A DNA stretch of 64,000 bases, from contig NW_005434669.1 of NCBI RefSeq assembly GCF_000315625.1, positions 1,049,239 to 1,113,238 on the forward strand, in the 5' to 3' direction. Made by a program: the position numbers and the translations under genes. The notes under the pieces were generated by a model, which was not told where the DNA came from, did not search any database, and saw only the letters and a program-made list of their open reading frames with translations. This stretch comes from Guillardia theta CCMP2712. Taxonomy: Eukaryota > Protista > Cryptophyta. Numbering within the stretch: position 1 is the stretch's first letter; every line of letters starts with the position of its first letter. Below are positions 49,301 through 62,085 of the stretch, one piece after another.

Positions 49301-50485
49301 TCGCTCACGTTCCCATGATTGTGATCGAGCGACAGAACACTGAAGAGGAGCAGGAGGAGGAGCAGGAGATGCAGGAGATGCAGGAGCTCGAGATCTCGAA
49401 CTCGGGCGGGGAGAACGAGACCTCGCAGGAGGACGTGGAGGAGGTGGGGGAGGTGGGGGAGGAGGAGAAGGAGACCTCTGGAGATGCGGAGGGGAAGGGT
49501 ACAAAGAAGAAAAAGAAGAGGAGGAGGAGGAGGTTCCGACGCAGTGGCGCCGTCAAGTTGGCCTTGATTGTCATGTCTTCCGGATCGTTCATATACGAAG
49601 TCTTCTTCTTCCTCTTCGCCCTGGCAGCCGTCATTTCTGATGCTCCTCTGTTCACCACCTTCACTTTTCTCGAGGTTGTTTCCTCCCTCCCTCCTCCTCT
49701 GCACCGCTCCCCTGTCCTCCTCTCCTCCCTCACCCCGGCGCTGATTCCGAGCACCTTCTAAATCGGTTCAAGGTTGACTTCGGTGGTTACAGGTATTCTT
49801 CTTCAACTCTTCCAAGACTGTCGTGGATGCGATGAAGTTCAAGGCCTTTGAAATGTTAAACACGTTCGTCATCGGACTTGTCTTCATGTACATCTGGATG
49901 GTCATCGGGATGTTGACCTTCGAAGAAATCCATCAGGACGGCGACGGGAACTACATCTGTGTTAACATGTTTCAGTGCTTCCTAGCCTACATCTTCATCG
50001 CCATGCGCGGAGACGGAGTAAGGGATGTCACCACCAGCCCGACGTTTCCCACCAACATCGTCGACGCCTTCTCTTATCCCAGCTACTTCCTCCTGCGACT
50101 GCTATGGGACTTGCTCTACCAGGCGAGAAAGATGGAAAAGGAGAGGAAGGGAGGGGAGGGTGAAGGAGAGGGTTGAGGGAGGAGGAGGAGGAGGAGGAGG
50201 AGGAGCTAAAAGCGTTTCTGCAGTGGCTGTTCATCTACGTTCTGCTCGCCATAATCACTGGAATTGTCATCGACGCCTTCAGTGGTCTCAGAGACGAGAG
50301 AGAAACGGCTGAGAATGACCTCAAGTCGACCTGCTTCATCTGCAACCTTGAGAGGTTCAGAATAGACCAGGTTCGTGTCAAACTCCTCTCCTCTCCTGCT
50401 CTGTGATCCTCCTCCTCCCCTTCCCATTTCCTTCCTCCAACTCCTCCAACTCCTCCTCCTCCTCCTCCTCCTCCTCCTCCTCCTC

Positions 50486-50533
<48 letters not shown>

Positions 50534-51332
50534 CTGATACTACTCCTTCAAATCCTCCTCCTCTTGCTTCTCGATCAAGCTCACTACTACGTTCACTCTT
50601 CTACCCACCTCCTGCCCACCATCTCTCTGCAAGTTTTCATCTTTTCGTCCTCCAATTGATCGTCCTCATCAGAACGGTAGCGGCTTCGAGAAGCATATTC
50701 GGCAGGAGCACAACCCGAGATGGTACCTTTTCTTCCTGATCTACATCAAGTCGAAGCAACCCTCCTACCTTACTGGCCAGGAGAAATTTGTATACAATCA
50801 GGTCCCTTCAAGCTCTTTCCCCCCATCTGCCCTTCCCTCCTCCTTTTCACTGATCCTTCTCTCCTCCCTGTCCCTGTCCCTTTGTTCCTCCCTCTTCTTC
50901 CTCCCCCTCGTCTTCCCCCTCCTCTTTTTCTCGCTTTATGTCACCTCATCTGTTTGCTCAGTTGCTGATTGCTGCAAACAGGTATGGCCAGCAAAAGGTC
51001 CCTTGCATTTCGACTGGCTGCCAAGGTGAGCAGAGGAGGAAGAGGAGGGGGACGAAGAGGAATAGGAAGAGTCTGAATGTGTGTGAAGGGAGAGGACGTT
51101 TCACTTAAGCGGAGGGGATGAAGGAGACGACACGCTTTCCAAGGTATTCGTCGAGGAGGAGGAAGGAGGAAGGTGACTGAAGCTTTTGTAGATTGAGAGC
51201 AGGATGGACTCTTTCGAGGCGAAACTCGCTGGCTGCATGGAAATTCTCAAGGAAATTCAGGTAGAGCGACGACATACCCGACATGTCTCACCTTTCTACC
51301 AGGAGAGCTTGCAGAACGAGAACAAAGACTAA
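41740..51332 (+). CDS. ITPR: Inositol 1,4,5-trisphosphate receptor / RyR-superfamily Ca2+ release channel
   Basis: N-terminal LRYGDRIAL..HWKMIPKLQY, IKYGDTVQFVH, RYRLKHLITGHYL (MIR/beta-trefoil), IQKLLREM and RIH-like regions, MRRLCMGQNQELQD, TGYVEI..RLERIFF, TM helices, CVNMFQCF, LLAIITGIVIDAFSGLRD..CFICNL..FEKHIRQEHN..YLFF..TGQE. Confidence 0.95.
50452..50533. repeat. Compound intronic microsatellite (CTC)n(CTA)n
   Basis: Directly visible within an ITPR intron. Confidence 0.9.
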
Positions 51333-51414
51333 GAGGAAGATGTTGAGCGGCATGGATTGGCAGACTAGCCCTCTGTAACTAGTAAGTCTGTTGTTTGTGT
51401 ATTAAAGGATTCTT

Positions 51415-52179
51415 TCATTTGAGCTCTTTGATGTCATCGAGCTTCATGCAGACTACCACTCCTCCTCCGACGTCGGTGCCGCAGCTGTGATAGTCGTACA
51501 CACACATGCCGCTCTCTCGAAAGCTTCCAACAACTATGGGACACCCATGAAGCAGCTCGTCTCTGCATCTTGTGTTGGTCCAGCTTTGCTTGCCCCCTTC
51601 CTCTTCGCTCGTCTCCTTCAACAGCCTCTCTCCTGTGCTCGCGTACCATAGCACCATAGTGATCACCATCTCCAACGCCGTCGGCATCTTGTACGGGCTG
51701 TTCTGGAGGTATGACGCGCCCTGAACGAGCTTGATGTCCTCTGGCTGCACCAGCTCCACCTGCAGCGCTCGCGCCAGCGCCTGCTGGTCCTGGTAGAGCT
51801 TGTTGGTGCTCCTGGGAAGGATATCCTTTGCGATGAGGATCCAGTAGCAGGCCTCGGGGCCCTCTAGCCCGCGCTGCGCCTTCATCTTGTCCCAGTAGTA
51901 TCTGATGCTGCAGGCGTTCCCTTCCTTGGGCGCCTGCATCACCTCCGCCATGAGGTTCATGCACATCCTCCTGCTGTTGAGGGTGGAAGGAACCAGCACG
52001 AGAAGGTGGGTCTCGCAAACTTTCTTTCCTTTCCAGATGGGGCAGGAGGCGCCCATGAGCGCCTTGATCCTCCTAGGTAGCGCCGGCTCGTCCGGCACCA
52101 GTCCAAAGTACCTCCCCCATTCCTCCTTGCCGAACTTCGCCCACGCCATGCCGCCTGCCCCCGGTTCCTCCTTCCCCAT
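51415..52179 (-). CDS. Uninterrupted ~254-aa protein resembling an uncharacterised domain of environmental chlamydiae / amoebal endosymbionts
   Basis: FGKEEWGRYFG..DEPALP..SCPIWKGKKVCETHLLVLVP..YWILIAKDILPRS.NK.Y..QQ..P.ALE..TGERL..TNTRC..VVGSF. Similarity is from recall, not a search; upstream exons are possible. Confidence 0.7.
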   Translation of the reverse strand: MGKEEPGAGGMAWAKFGKEEWGRYFGLVPDEPALPRRIKALMGASCPIWKGKKVCETHLLVLVPSTLNSRRMCMNLMAEVMQAPKEGNACSIRYYWDKMKAQRGLEGPEACYWILIAKDILPRSTNKLYQDQQALARALQVELVQPEDIKLVQGASYLQNSPYKMPTALEMVITMVLWYASTGERLLKETSEEEGGKQSWTNTRCRDELLHGCPIVVGSFRESGMCVYDYHSCGTDVGGGVVVCMKLDDIKELK

Positions 52180-52516
52180 GGTAGCCAATGAGCGGCCAAT
52201 GAGGGGATGAGGGGACAACGGGAGCTGATAGGGGATGAGGGGGACAACGGGAGCCTGTGGCTAACGTTCATGGGAGGGAGGGAGAGAGGGAGGGAGGGAG
52301 AGAGGGAGGGAGGGAGGGAGGGAGGGAGGGAGGGAGGGAGAAGCAGGCAGCCTGGATGGCTCATGATGTTCATGCCGGCATTTTCGTGATGCTCTGAGGA
52401 ATTGAGGGGATGATAACGCTATCCGCTCGTCTCACCATGATCACAGGCAGACAAGGACAGAGTTGACCAACCTGCGATGATCTTCAGCCATTGCTGACAC
52501 CTTCATCCCCCTTGAA

Positions 52517-54194
52517 ATGCTCGCGGCGAGCAAGAAGATCGGACGTCTGCTCGTGCTGCTGCTGACCACCTACCCTCTGCTGGCTGAAGCTGGCGGCAGG
52601 TAAGGAGGTGAGAGGGTAGTGCCTCTACTCAACCAAGGGAGCAGGAGGGCAGGAAGTGGCAGGCGATGCTTGTCTGCTCTGGTAGAGCCACCGACCATCG
52701 GTCAGTGCACAAACTTGTTCATCAAGGCGGTGGAGTACCGAGCATGCGTGAGCAACGAGAGCGAAGTGCAAGCCAAGGTGTGAGAGAGCGGGAGGATGAA
52801 AATATGAGAATGTCTACAGGCGACAGCAGCAAGAACAAAGCTCTCAGTCTCGGATCTGAGCGTGTACGTCAACCTGGCACAGAGTTTCCTCAACCAGCAA
52901 TGCCGCCTTATGTGAGGAGCTGTTGACTGTCTTGATGCTTCGTGACTGACTTGTACATAGCTGGCAGAACTGGGTAAGAGGACAACCTTCTATTTGTACG
53001 ATGACCTTGAGGCAGGTCACTCCTCCGTACTTCGTCTACACGTGCTATGGTGGCACCAAGAACTTGCAACCCTGCAACGGCCCTGAAGATCACTTCACAT
53101 GTAGCTTTTCATCGCTTTTTTGGTTGATCTTGATGAGAAAATTTCTGCAGGTACCTTAGGTACATGTATACAACTGCAGCAGAACCCCAACTGGCCGGTG
53201 AAGGCCTCAGCTGTACTTGCCTCGTGTGAAGCCATGCAGGTCAATTGGTGGAACATGATCCAAACTAGTCAGTTTGGGGGGATACCAACCACTCTCTACA
53301 ACGTGAGAAATCCTGATGCTGAAGCTGAGAGACTGAAGTTTCTAGCAGACGAGACAATGGTATTGCCCTTCTCAGCTGGAGTATGAGCTGGGAACAGTGT
53401 CTCTCGGATCAGTGACGGAGACGGTTTACGCTCCTTCCTCGAACCCCTGGATCTTGAGCGAGTGCGACTTGGTGGACAGGTGGGGAGATGAGGGGCAGAC
53501 GCTTTGCCGTGACGTCCTTGACAGGTTCGGGCTGCCGCTGCCGAATGCTGACGCTCAGTGCGAGAACGTGACGGACACAAACCCTGTAGGGGAGAGGCAC
53601 AAGCTAGAAGCGGCTCTAACGTCAGCCTTAGGTGAAGGACCAGTGCTGCGGCTACTGCGTTCTCAACAACGCTCATCTCATGCGCATGTGGAACTGCACG
53701 GCGTTAGGAGACCTCGCGCATGACCCTGTTGGCTTGAACGTGGGCACATGCTCGGCAATCTGCTGGACTAGAGCTGAAGCTTCTGCAGGCCCTCGCCCAG
53801 TACTGTCGCTTGGGAGGCTGCAAGGAGACTCGTCCATGCCTAGGGAGTCCTGTGAAGATGGGAGACCCCAAGGTGAGCGACAAGGACAGACGAGGCGACT
53901 CGAGTGCTGACGCTGTTGGCGCGTCTGCCTCAGACTCTGCTGAACCCCCTCAGTTATGCCGTGCAGTGCGATCAGCTCAACTCAGGCTGTCAAGATCAAG
54001 TGTAAGTTCACGTGCTGGTCAGGCCGAAGGTCATGATGGTGAGCAGGTGTAAACTACGTTCGGCATGTGATAACAGGATTGAAGCTCTGCGATCTCGTTT
54101 AGGATATGGCCTTTCCGCCGCATCCAGCCATTCTTATTCTTTTCTATTTGTACTGTATTTTCCGCTAATGATTATGTCATACATGAATATTTGA
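52517..54194 (+). CDS. Cys-rich secreted, possibly GPI-anchored protein; multi-exon
   Basis: MLAASKKIGRLLVLLLTTYPLLAEA leader; Cys-rich exons (DQCCGYC, YCRLGGCKETRPC, QCDQLNSGC); terminal hydrophobic SAASSHSYSFLFVLYFPLMIMSYMNI*. Confidence 0.5.
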
Positions 54195-54199
54195 AAGCA

Positions 54200-56240
54200 C
54201 TAAGCAAGGAACAAGTCTTCTGCCTCTTCGGCCTCGTTCTCCACAGCAGACTCGTACCTGCAACCTTGTTATCGCAATCGAGCTGAGAAGCAAGTCGTAC
54301 GGGGCGATGTTGAAGTAGTCAGCGTATGCTCTGCTCATCTTCAACTCGATGTCACGAAGCGTCATTCGCATCTGATCTGAAACTTGAAAGATTTCTTTCA
54401 TTCTCGAGTTCTCGTCGTCGATCTTGGCTTTGCATTCTTCTTCAAGCTCTTTTCTTGCCTGCGATAGCGGTCATGTTATGCTGAGCACGACTATGTGTGT
54501 GAATTACAAGCTCGTACTCTCGGAGCCTTGACAGCTCGGTTTGAATCTTTGACAAGTTGCTCTCCGCGCTCAGTCTCAGAACCTGCGATCCGATCAACAA
54601 ATCGAATCTCGACTGACATCCTACCTGATCTTCACGCCTCCCAGCTTGCTCTTTGAGAAACAACTGCTCCAGGCGGTTCTTCTCTTCCTCGTGCCGTTTT
54701 TTGAGTTCCTGAAGCAACGGGTGTAGCAGTCAGGCATCTTTCAGCAAGGTGCAATCAAGACGACCTCTATGTACTCCTGCAAACAAGCAAGCGTCAGTTG
54801 CCAGGCCACGAGCTAGCAGAGCGACTTTACCTTCCTCAGACGCTCTTTCTCCTTCTGCCTGTTCATTTCCTCGGCGAGCTCAGTTTCTCGCTGCTGCAGA
54901 GGATGCAGCTGGATCTCGGATTCTCTTCTCGCCTTCAGCATCATCAGAGGAGTCAATCAGCGTTTCTTAGCGTCGCTGCACCTGCTCTGCTTTACGAAGA
55001 GTTTCACTGAGGTTTGCTATTTCTTCTGCGTTCGCTCCCTGTAGCGCTTCGATCTCCTCCTCACGTCTCTGCGCGCTCTCGCGCTCCTGTTCCAACGAGA
55101 TCGCACATGATCGTCAGAGAACAAACAAAAAGGAAAAGGAGGAGGACAACCTGTTGCAGCATCTTCCTCAACTTGTCAAGTTCTTCTCTACCTTGCGAGC
55201 ATTGAGCCAGCGCTTGTCGGAGTTGCAACCTTGCCTGAGATGAGTTTCAGAAGAGCTTCTCAGCACAACAGCATTTCAACATCATCAATATCATCATCCA
55301 TTGATCGCGTCGGCGAGATTCCGTTGAGATACTCGGCAGTTCCGCGTATCAGAGTGCTTTCATAGCGGTAGTTCTCTGACCCTTCTCTCCTCTCGAAAGT
55401 CAACCGCACTCGTGAGCCCTGGGGTCCGAGGATGAGGCCTCGCAATGTTGAGAGAGGTTCGCCGATGACCTGAAAAGGAGATCAATGAAGAGCTGGGACA
55501 AGAAGCGCATGCCAACATCTCTGTCATCCACGGCAAGAATCATGTCGCCAACTCTCACAGATCCCTCGCGTTCTGCGGATCCTCCGCTCACGATAGTCTT
55601 GACGTATACCGATCCATCGTTCTCCTGCTGAAAGAAATACCTACTCCCGCTTGTACTGCAACATGAGGAAGAAGAGTAAGAAAACATCTCTAGATCCCAT
55701 TCACAAAACATTTTGATTCGCCATGTTGTCTTATGAGGATGATTGAAATCTGGTGGCATTATTGGGTAACAAAACAACAGCACACTCACATCGAACATCA
55801 ACCTATTAACAACCTTATCTATCTCAAAGTCGTTACTGTGTTCTCAAGCAGTTAGAACAAAAGGAATCTTTTGCAAACTATCTCAGAGGCCTTCATTTCA
55901 TTTTGTAAATTTGTTACAAGCATCCTTCTCATTGCTATGCCCAACCTCCCACCTCCACAAAAGAAACGTCAAGCTACAAGCTTTTGAATCTCATATCTTC
56001 AAAGCACCGTGAAACATCATCTTTGTTGCAAACAAAAAAGCAAGCCACCTCGTCTACTCACACCCTGGTCTACTTCACCTTGGTGATCGTAAATACCTTT
56101 TCAATCACCATCCTCATCGCTGCTATAGGATGAACATCATCAAGAGCATCATCATCGATTTCGTGAGCATTGTCATCGTCTCGCTTACCGATTCCTGACT
56201 CCATTACCGCATCTCGTCCACTTGCGCTACCTCCGTACAT
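54200..56240 (-). CDS. PDZ + coiled-coil protein
   Basis: MESGIG...FFQQENDGSVYVKTIVSGGSAEREGSVRVGDMILAVDD..LRGLILGPQGSRVRLTFER, then E/R/Q-rich coiled-coil exons ending YESAVENEAEEAEDLFLA*. Confidence 0.8.
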
Positions 56241-56818
56241 GTTTGAGCAGTAGCCAATGACCCCACCCCCTGCAATTCCAGTCTTGTCGTTTCTAGGCTG
56301 ACTGCGTGACCGCTTTCTCCTGAGTATGGCACATATCCTTCTGGCATTATGGCAAGAGACTCAAAATCTCTACCTTACGCTGGAAGGCTAGAGAGGCCAA
56401 TCTTGTTTCTAATACCACCCCCTTCAACCCCCACCTGGCTACACCACTACCCCCCCGTTGCCCCTTTAGTAGGATAACGGTAGTCAAGGTCCGCGTTCGA
56501 ACGACAAACTAAATCTTGTTGAGCTAAACCAGAGGGTTTAGTCAAGTAGTGTAGTACTGAACCAACACAGATAACGGCCCGGGCCGGGGCGCGGGAGTCA
56601 CCGTGACCCCAAGTTAACAATTTTACTCGGCGGCCCAGGCCCCGGGCATGTTGGCACTTCGAGTAAATCTGCAGGCAGCGACCACGCGGGCCTCTTTACT
56701 TATTCAGAGTCACTGAATTCAAACCAGAACCGACTCAGTAGATGGCGGGAGTCCAGCCCATGGCCACTGACGTTCAACCGTTCCAAAACTTTCGAAGACG
56801 CGCCGGGCAGGTGGAGGA

Positions 56819-59444
56819 CTAACGTCTGTACCGATAGCGCTTGAAGTTGAAGTAGAGGTGAAGAATTCCTCTGCAGAGCAGGTCAGATCGCAAGAGACGG
56901 TAGGAAGTCACCTGTCGAAAGTGCACTTGAAGCCTTTCTTGTGCGAGAACTCCCACTCCTTGTTCACAATGCGAAAACTGCGGGGAAGGATGAGGAAGAC
57001 ATTCGATCACAGAGAAATCAACGCACGCCAAGTCCTCGTAGGGGGGGCCGGCCGAGAAGCGAAGGATCTTGGTCTCCGGGTTGTTGTCGGCCTCGAGCTT
57101 GAAGACCGGAGTCTTGGTCTTGTCGATGAGATCAGGATAGAAGATGTTGAACTTGTAGCCCTGCCGCGAGTTTAGAGAGCAGCCTACAAGTCAAGAGACG
57201 TCAAGGCTTACTTGAACGATCTTTGGTGGAGGATTGTCTTGATCGTAATGAGTCTGTTGGAGAGGTGAGAATCGAGTACAGCAAGACGAGGACGCGCAAA
57301 GTGGAGAGGAGGAGGACAAAGGGAAGAGAAGATGAGCAAAGAGGACAGACGAACCTGGTTGTACTTGTTCCACTCGTAGCCGGTGTGAACGCGGTTGAAG
57401 AATCTCGGTTTGCGAGGACGGTACTTATCATGCCAAGAGTAGACCTGGTCGACTTACACATGAGATGACGTGGGAGAAATCATGAGAGCCTGACTTGATT
57501 GTCGAGGGAGATCTCATCAGTGAAGACCGCCTCATCCTCTTCGAGTGTCTTGTCCATCGAGTCATAGAGCTGCGGGCAGTAGTCACACCGTTTGCACTTT
57601 GGTGAATCTGCAACACCTGATCCTCCATGCTCCTGCTCTTGACTTCTCTGAACTTGTTCGTCTCCGCCTCCAAGACAGCCTGCAGCATCATGACGATTGT
57701 GATGATCGCCGAGCAGGAAAACCTTGCGCTTCTGCTCAATTTGCTGCTTGTCTTCTGCCTCGTCGACCGCTGGAAGAAAAGTCAGTCTGGCTGTCTCGTT
57801 TTCTTGCATCTTACCATCATCACCGCGGTAAGACCGATCCAAGACAGGACTGACGAACCCTGTCATTGAAAAAGGGAACAGAAAGTAGCAACACCTGAAG
57901 CTTCCTTGGTTGTCGCTCTCCTCTCCTTCGCTTGCAGCCTCCTCCTTGTCATCCTCCTTCGAACTCTCCTGCACAGCAGCACCTTTCATCATCATCCCAG
58001 CATCATTCCTCGTCTCTCACCTTCTCCTCCATCCTTGGACCTGCCGGCTTAAGAGCCACAGTATGAACCTGCGACTCGAGGGCGCTGAGACGCCGACGGA
58101 GGATCGACTGATGGATCTCCTTGAGCGTCGCCTTGGCCTTGGCGACCACGATCCTCCTCAGACAAGTTTCCCAGAACTCCGTGTCGGAAGCCGAGTCACC
58201 CTCCAGCATGTCCTTGATCTCCTTCTCCTGCTCTTCCAGCTCCCTCCTGCTTTTGCCTTGGAACATCTTAACAATGTCAGCATGCACAGCAGCATGGACG
58301 CCGTCGAGATAATGCCCGCTCCTTCCCTCGGCTGCCCATGCTGCTTGACGACGAGCATCCTGAAGGAAAAGTGAGTTGAGGACAAGAAAGAAGTGAGGGA
58401 GGACTTACCTGAAGCTCATCCTCGCACACCGTAGTCATGCACTCCCAGAACAATACGTTCTCCATGTCGAGATTGCGATACATTTCTATGTCCCTCTCTA
58501 GCTCCTCCAGAGCAGCAATCTGTGTGTGAACGGAGTGAGACGAGGAGTGAAGGAAGATGACTCTGATCAACAGATGAGACGGACGCGAGGGCGCGAAACG
58601 ATTCAGAGGGGGGTTAGAGGGAGCGAAAGGATCCAACCTGAAGGCCTTTGAAAAGCTTGTACGGCTCCGTCATTTCGACCTGCGGAGGAAGTCAAGAATG
58701 CCTGTGGTGGTCGATGGGATCTCACCTCCATGTTGTCTTCGATGAGATTCTTTGCCAAGATGTCAATGGGTCTTGCGCGACCTTCCTTGAGCCGAATCTT
58801 TGAACGGATCTTCGCTTGCTCCAAGTGAAACTTATCCGCGTTTCTCTCCCATTCAGCATGTTGCTGGTCTTCTTGCTGCCTCTGCATTCTCGCCTTCTCT
58901 TCTTCCAGCCATGCCTGCTCTCGCTCTCTTTCTTCTCGCCTTTGCTTCACCTGTCAACAACTAAGAAGAAGTCAAGAGGGTCAATGGGTCACCTTTTGCA
59001 CTTCATCTTCGATCATTCGCTTCCTCTCATCCTCATGGCGACGACGTTCTCTCTCTGACATCTGCTCGTAAGGCTTGTATCTGTGATCACGCGAGGTCTG
59101 GACAGTTTCTTCCTTCTTGTGCCAACGAAACTGCTGTGTGATGTTGCTATCTCCAAAGCGATTGTTTTCATCCGTGTAGCTAATGGCACACAAACAATCT
59201 TAACAACGCACATCAAGTCGTATGAGGAAATACCCGCAGATTGTATTTCTTTCTTCTTCCTTCAACCGTTTAAGAGCCCTTGCATTGTTCAAGTTAGAAT
59301 CGTTTTCTTTACACAGCAAGCAATCTACTTCTTGGCAAGACGACGATTCATCTTTTCCTCTCTGGTCCTACAGCAACGGATTAGAGACTAATTGTACCTT
59401 GCAAGCTGTAAAGCTTACTCTGCCATTTTGTGAAGCTTTTTTGA

Positions 59445-59530
<86 letters not shown>

Positions 59531-59661
59531 TCCTGTCGCGCTCCCTGCTCCGATCTCTTCCTCTGCTTCTGTCTCGTTCCCTGGAAAGCATGGTGAGAAG
59601 TTTTCAGACAGGATACATTTGTTCACCGATCATCGCTTCTCCTTCTGTCGTCTCTTCCCAT
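56819..59661 (-). CDS. CACTIN: Cactin (spliceosome-associated factor)
   Basis: [12 protein letters not shown]...[23 protein letters not shown]; [81 protein letters not shown]. Confidence 0.95.
59445..59529. repeat. (GTCCCT)n microsatellite; may encode an Arg-Asp dipeptide run in the Cactin N-terminus
   Basis: About 14 units; the minus strand reads AGG GAC (RD)n next to [11 protein letters not shown]-like charged sequence. Confidence 0.85.
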
Positions 59662-60640
59662 CTTGTCTCGATATCGACCTTTGTCCAGTGTCACTAGAGG
59701 TGTTAGCGCTGTGGATTCAAGGTTGACCCCCATTGTATCTCCTCAACAGTGACCGTTAACTCCCATAACAACCACGAGGGAGTCCAGGATCGGTATGAAG
59801 GTATCAAACACATTAATTCCTCTATCCTTGACTTTCTCTACTTTTGATTGTTGTAAATGCTCATCATTTTGTGATCTTCCTGCCTACCGTGTCCTCTTTG
59901 TGACATGTACATAGCATACAATCTGGCTCTTCCTCCTCCTGCACCTTCTGCTCTCCTGCCTCTCTCTCTCCTTGTATCATCTCCTCCCTTTCCTCCCTCT
60001 TTCTCCCCTCCTCCCCTCCCGCCTCCTCCCGCCTCCTCCCGCCTCCGCATTCTCCTCCAAACATTCTTCCCCGCCTATGAGCTCGTGCTTGCCATGGCAG
60101 CGGCAACAGTATGAATGAGGGTGATGAAACTTTTCTCAGAAACAAGGGGGTTGGGGTGGTACTTCATTAGGTGAATACTGGAATTGTAGGGATAATACAA
60201 GGAAATCGAGGCGGGTAATAGGGGTCATTGAATGGGAAGGAATCATAGTTGGGTGGGGTAGTCTACGTAATGCAGGAAGAGACGAGTTGAGGTCGGTAGC
60301 CGAGGAAGAGGAGGGCAAGAACGTAGAACGAGGAGGGCCACTTTTAGTCGGGTAAGAGCAGGGCGAGGAGTGATAAGCAGTGTAAGGAAGCGTAAGGAAG
60401 AGGAAGAGGATGGAGAAGATGAGGGTAGAATGCAGAAGTTCCTCTGATATGATTCGCCTTGAGCGGGCATGCAGGTCAGATGATTGTCAAAGCAAAGCAT
60501 GAGGGCATATGTTTGAGGAGAAAATACTCTCATAATGAAACCCCTACATGTTCTCTAAATCATTCTGACGCACGTGTCCTACCAGTGTGAATCTGAGGAC
60601 ATGATCTCGTTCTCTTGACCAGTTTAAGTTGCTTCCGAGC

Positions 60641-61648
60641 ATGCTGAGCTATCTCGCTGCTAAGGGCATCACTGTTAGCCAACCCTCCATTGCTGGCATC
60701 GGTCTTGTGCTCGACATCCGCTCTCGCAGCGCTCAGAATGCGGTCAACAAGCTCCAACGGAAGCTTGAGTTCCTTGTGGAGTCTGGAGAGACGGCAGGAC
60801 AGGTTCGGCATGCCTCCTCGCCCCCTCCTCCTCACACTCAGCAGGAGATGCAAGAGATCGGGGCGTCCAACGACCCTGACGTGGACAATCTTCGGAAGCA
60901 GCTAGGTCAGGCCATGGTGGAGCTTGAGGCGTCGAGGGAGGACGATGCGATAGTGGTGGAGGATGTGATCGAGGACGGTCCTGCCCATCGCAGCAACAAG
61001 TTCTCCGTGGGTGAGTCAAGGAACCTTGCTGCTCTCGCCCTCCGGTTGGCTGAGACTGGCTGCTCAAGGTGACCGCGTGCTGCAAGTCGACGGGACCCCA
61101 GTTGGTTCGTCTTTCACCCTCTTGTCGCGTCTCGTGACTCCCTCTCTCCTCTCTCCTGCATTTCGCCATTTTTTCATTCCGAGCTGTACTTTTCACTCCA
61201 TGCTTTCACTCCATTCCTCCTCTCTCCTCTCCTCTCCTCTCCTCTCCTCTCCTCTCCTCTCCTCTCCTCTGCTTTAATCTACTCTTCTCTACCCTACCCT
61301 ACTCTACTTTCCCCTCTCCTCCTTTCTCTCATCTCTCCTCTTCCCTCGTCTCCTCACTCTTCTCTTCTCTCTTCCTAAACCTGGCATGAAGAGGAGCTTG
61401 CAGGGGTGAATCTTGACTTGTGTGGGAATCTTATAAGAGGAGAGGAGGGCGCTAGTGTCAAGGTTTCGATCAAGAAAGCAGAAAGCAGCGTGATCGAAGA
61501 CATCGTTATCGTGCGAGGGACGGTGAGACGCAAACAGAGCGGGTGGAAGAGCAGGAGGAGACGAAACTTGCTGTGGGGGGGGGGGGGCAGGAGGGAACAG
61601 GGGGAGCAGGAACATGTAGAGGAGCAGGAGCAGGAGCATGTAGAAGAA

Positions 61649-61685
<37 letters not shown>

Positions 61686-61703
61686 GAGCAGGAGCAGGAG
61701 CAG

Positions 61704-61753
<50 letters not shown>

Positions 61754-61868
61754 GGTAGGGGCAGGAGAAGGAGCAGGGGCAGGATGCATGAAATGCGAAT
61801 GAATAACTTGGCAGGTCTCAGCCGTCAGCGCACAGCAGAGTCGGAAAGGAGGGTTGTTCTCGTGGTAG
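60641..61868 (+). CDS. PDZ protein with a helical insertion inside the PDZ domain
   Basis: AGIGLVLDI-[about 60 aa]-IVVEDVIEDGPAHRS../GDRVLQVDG../LIRGEEGASVKVSIKK..IVRG; ends KGGLFSW*. Upstream exons are possible. Confidence 0.7.
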
Positions 61869-62085
61869 AGCTTCTTCAATCTGTACAATAAACCACCAGC
61901 TTCTCTCTCTCCCTCATACCCATCACACTCTACGCCCCAACGGCCCCGACCCCCACTCTTCCTCCTCCTGCTCCTTCGTCCTCCTCCCCATCCAACCCCC
62001 GTCCTCCCGATCCCGCTCCTAGCAATTCCACCCCCTTGTCCGTTTTATCCTGGTCCCCTTTGCCCTGACTACGCCCCCAAGTAAA

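Noticed and set aside
48220-49704. 494-aa ORF on the - strand
   Set aside because: Antisense to a GC3-rich ITPR exon; no independent motif.
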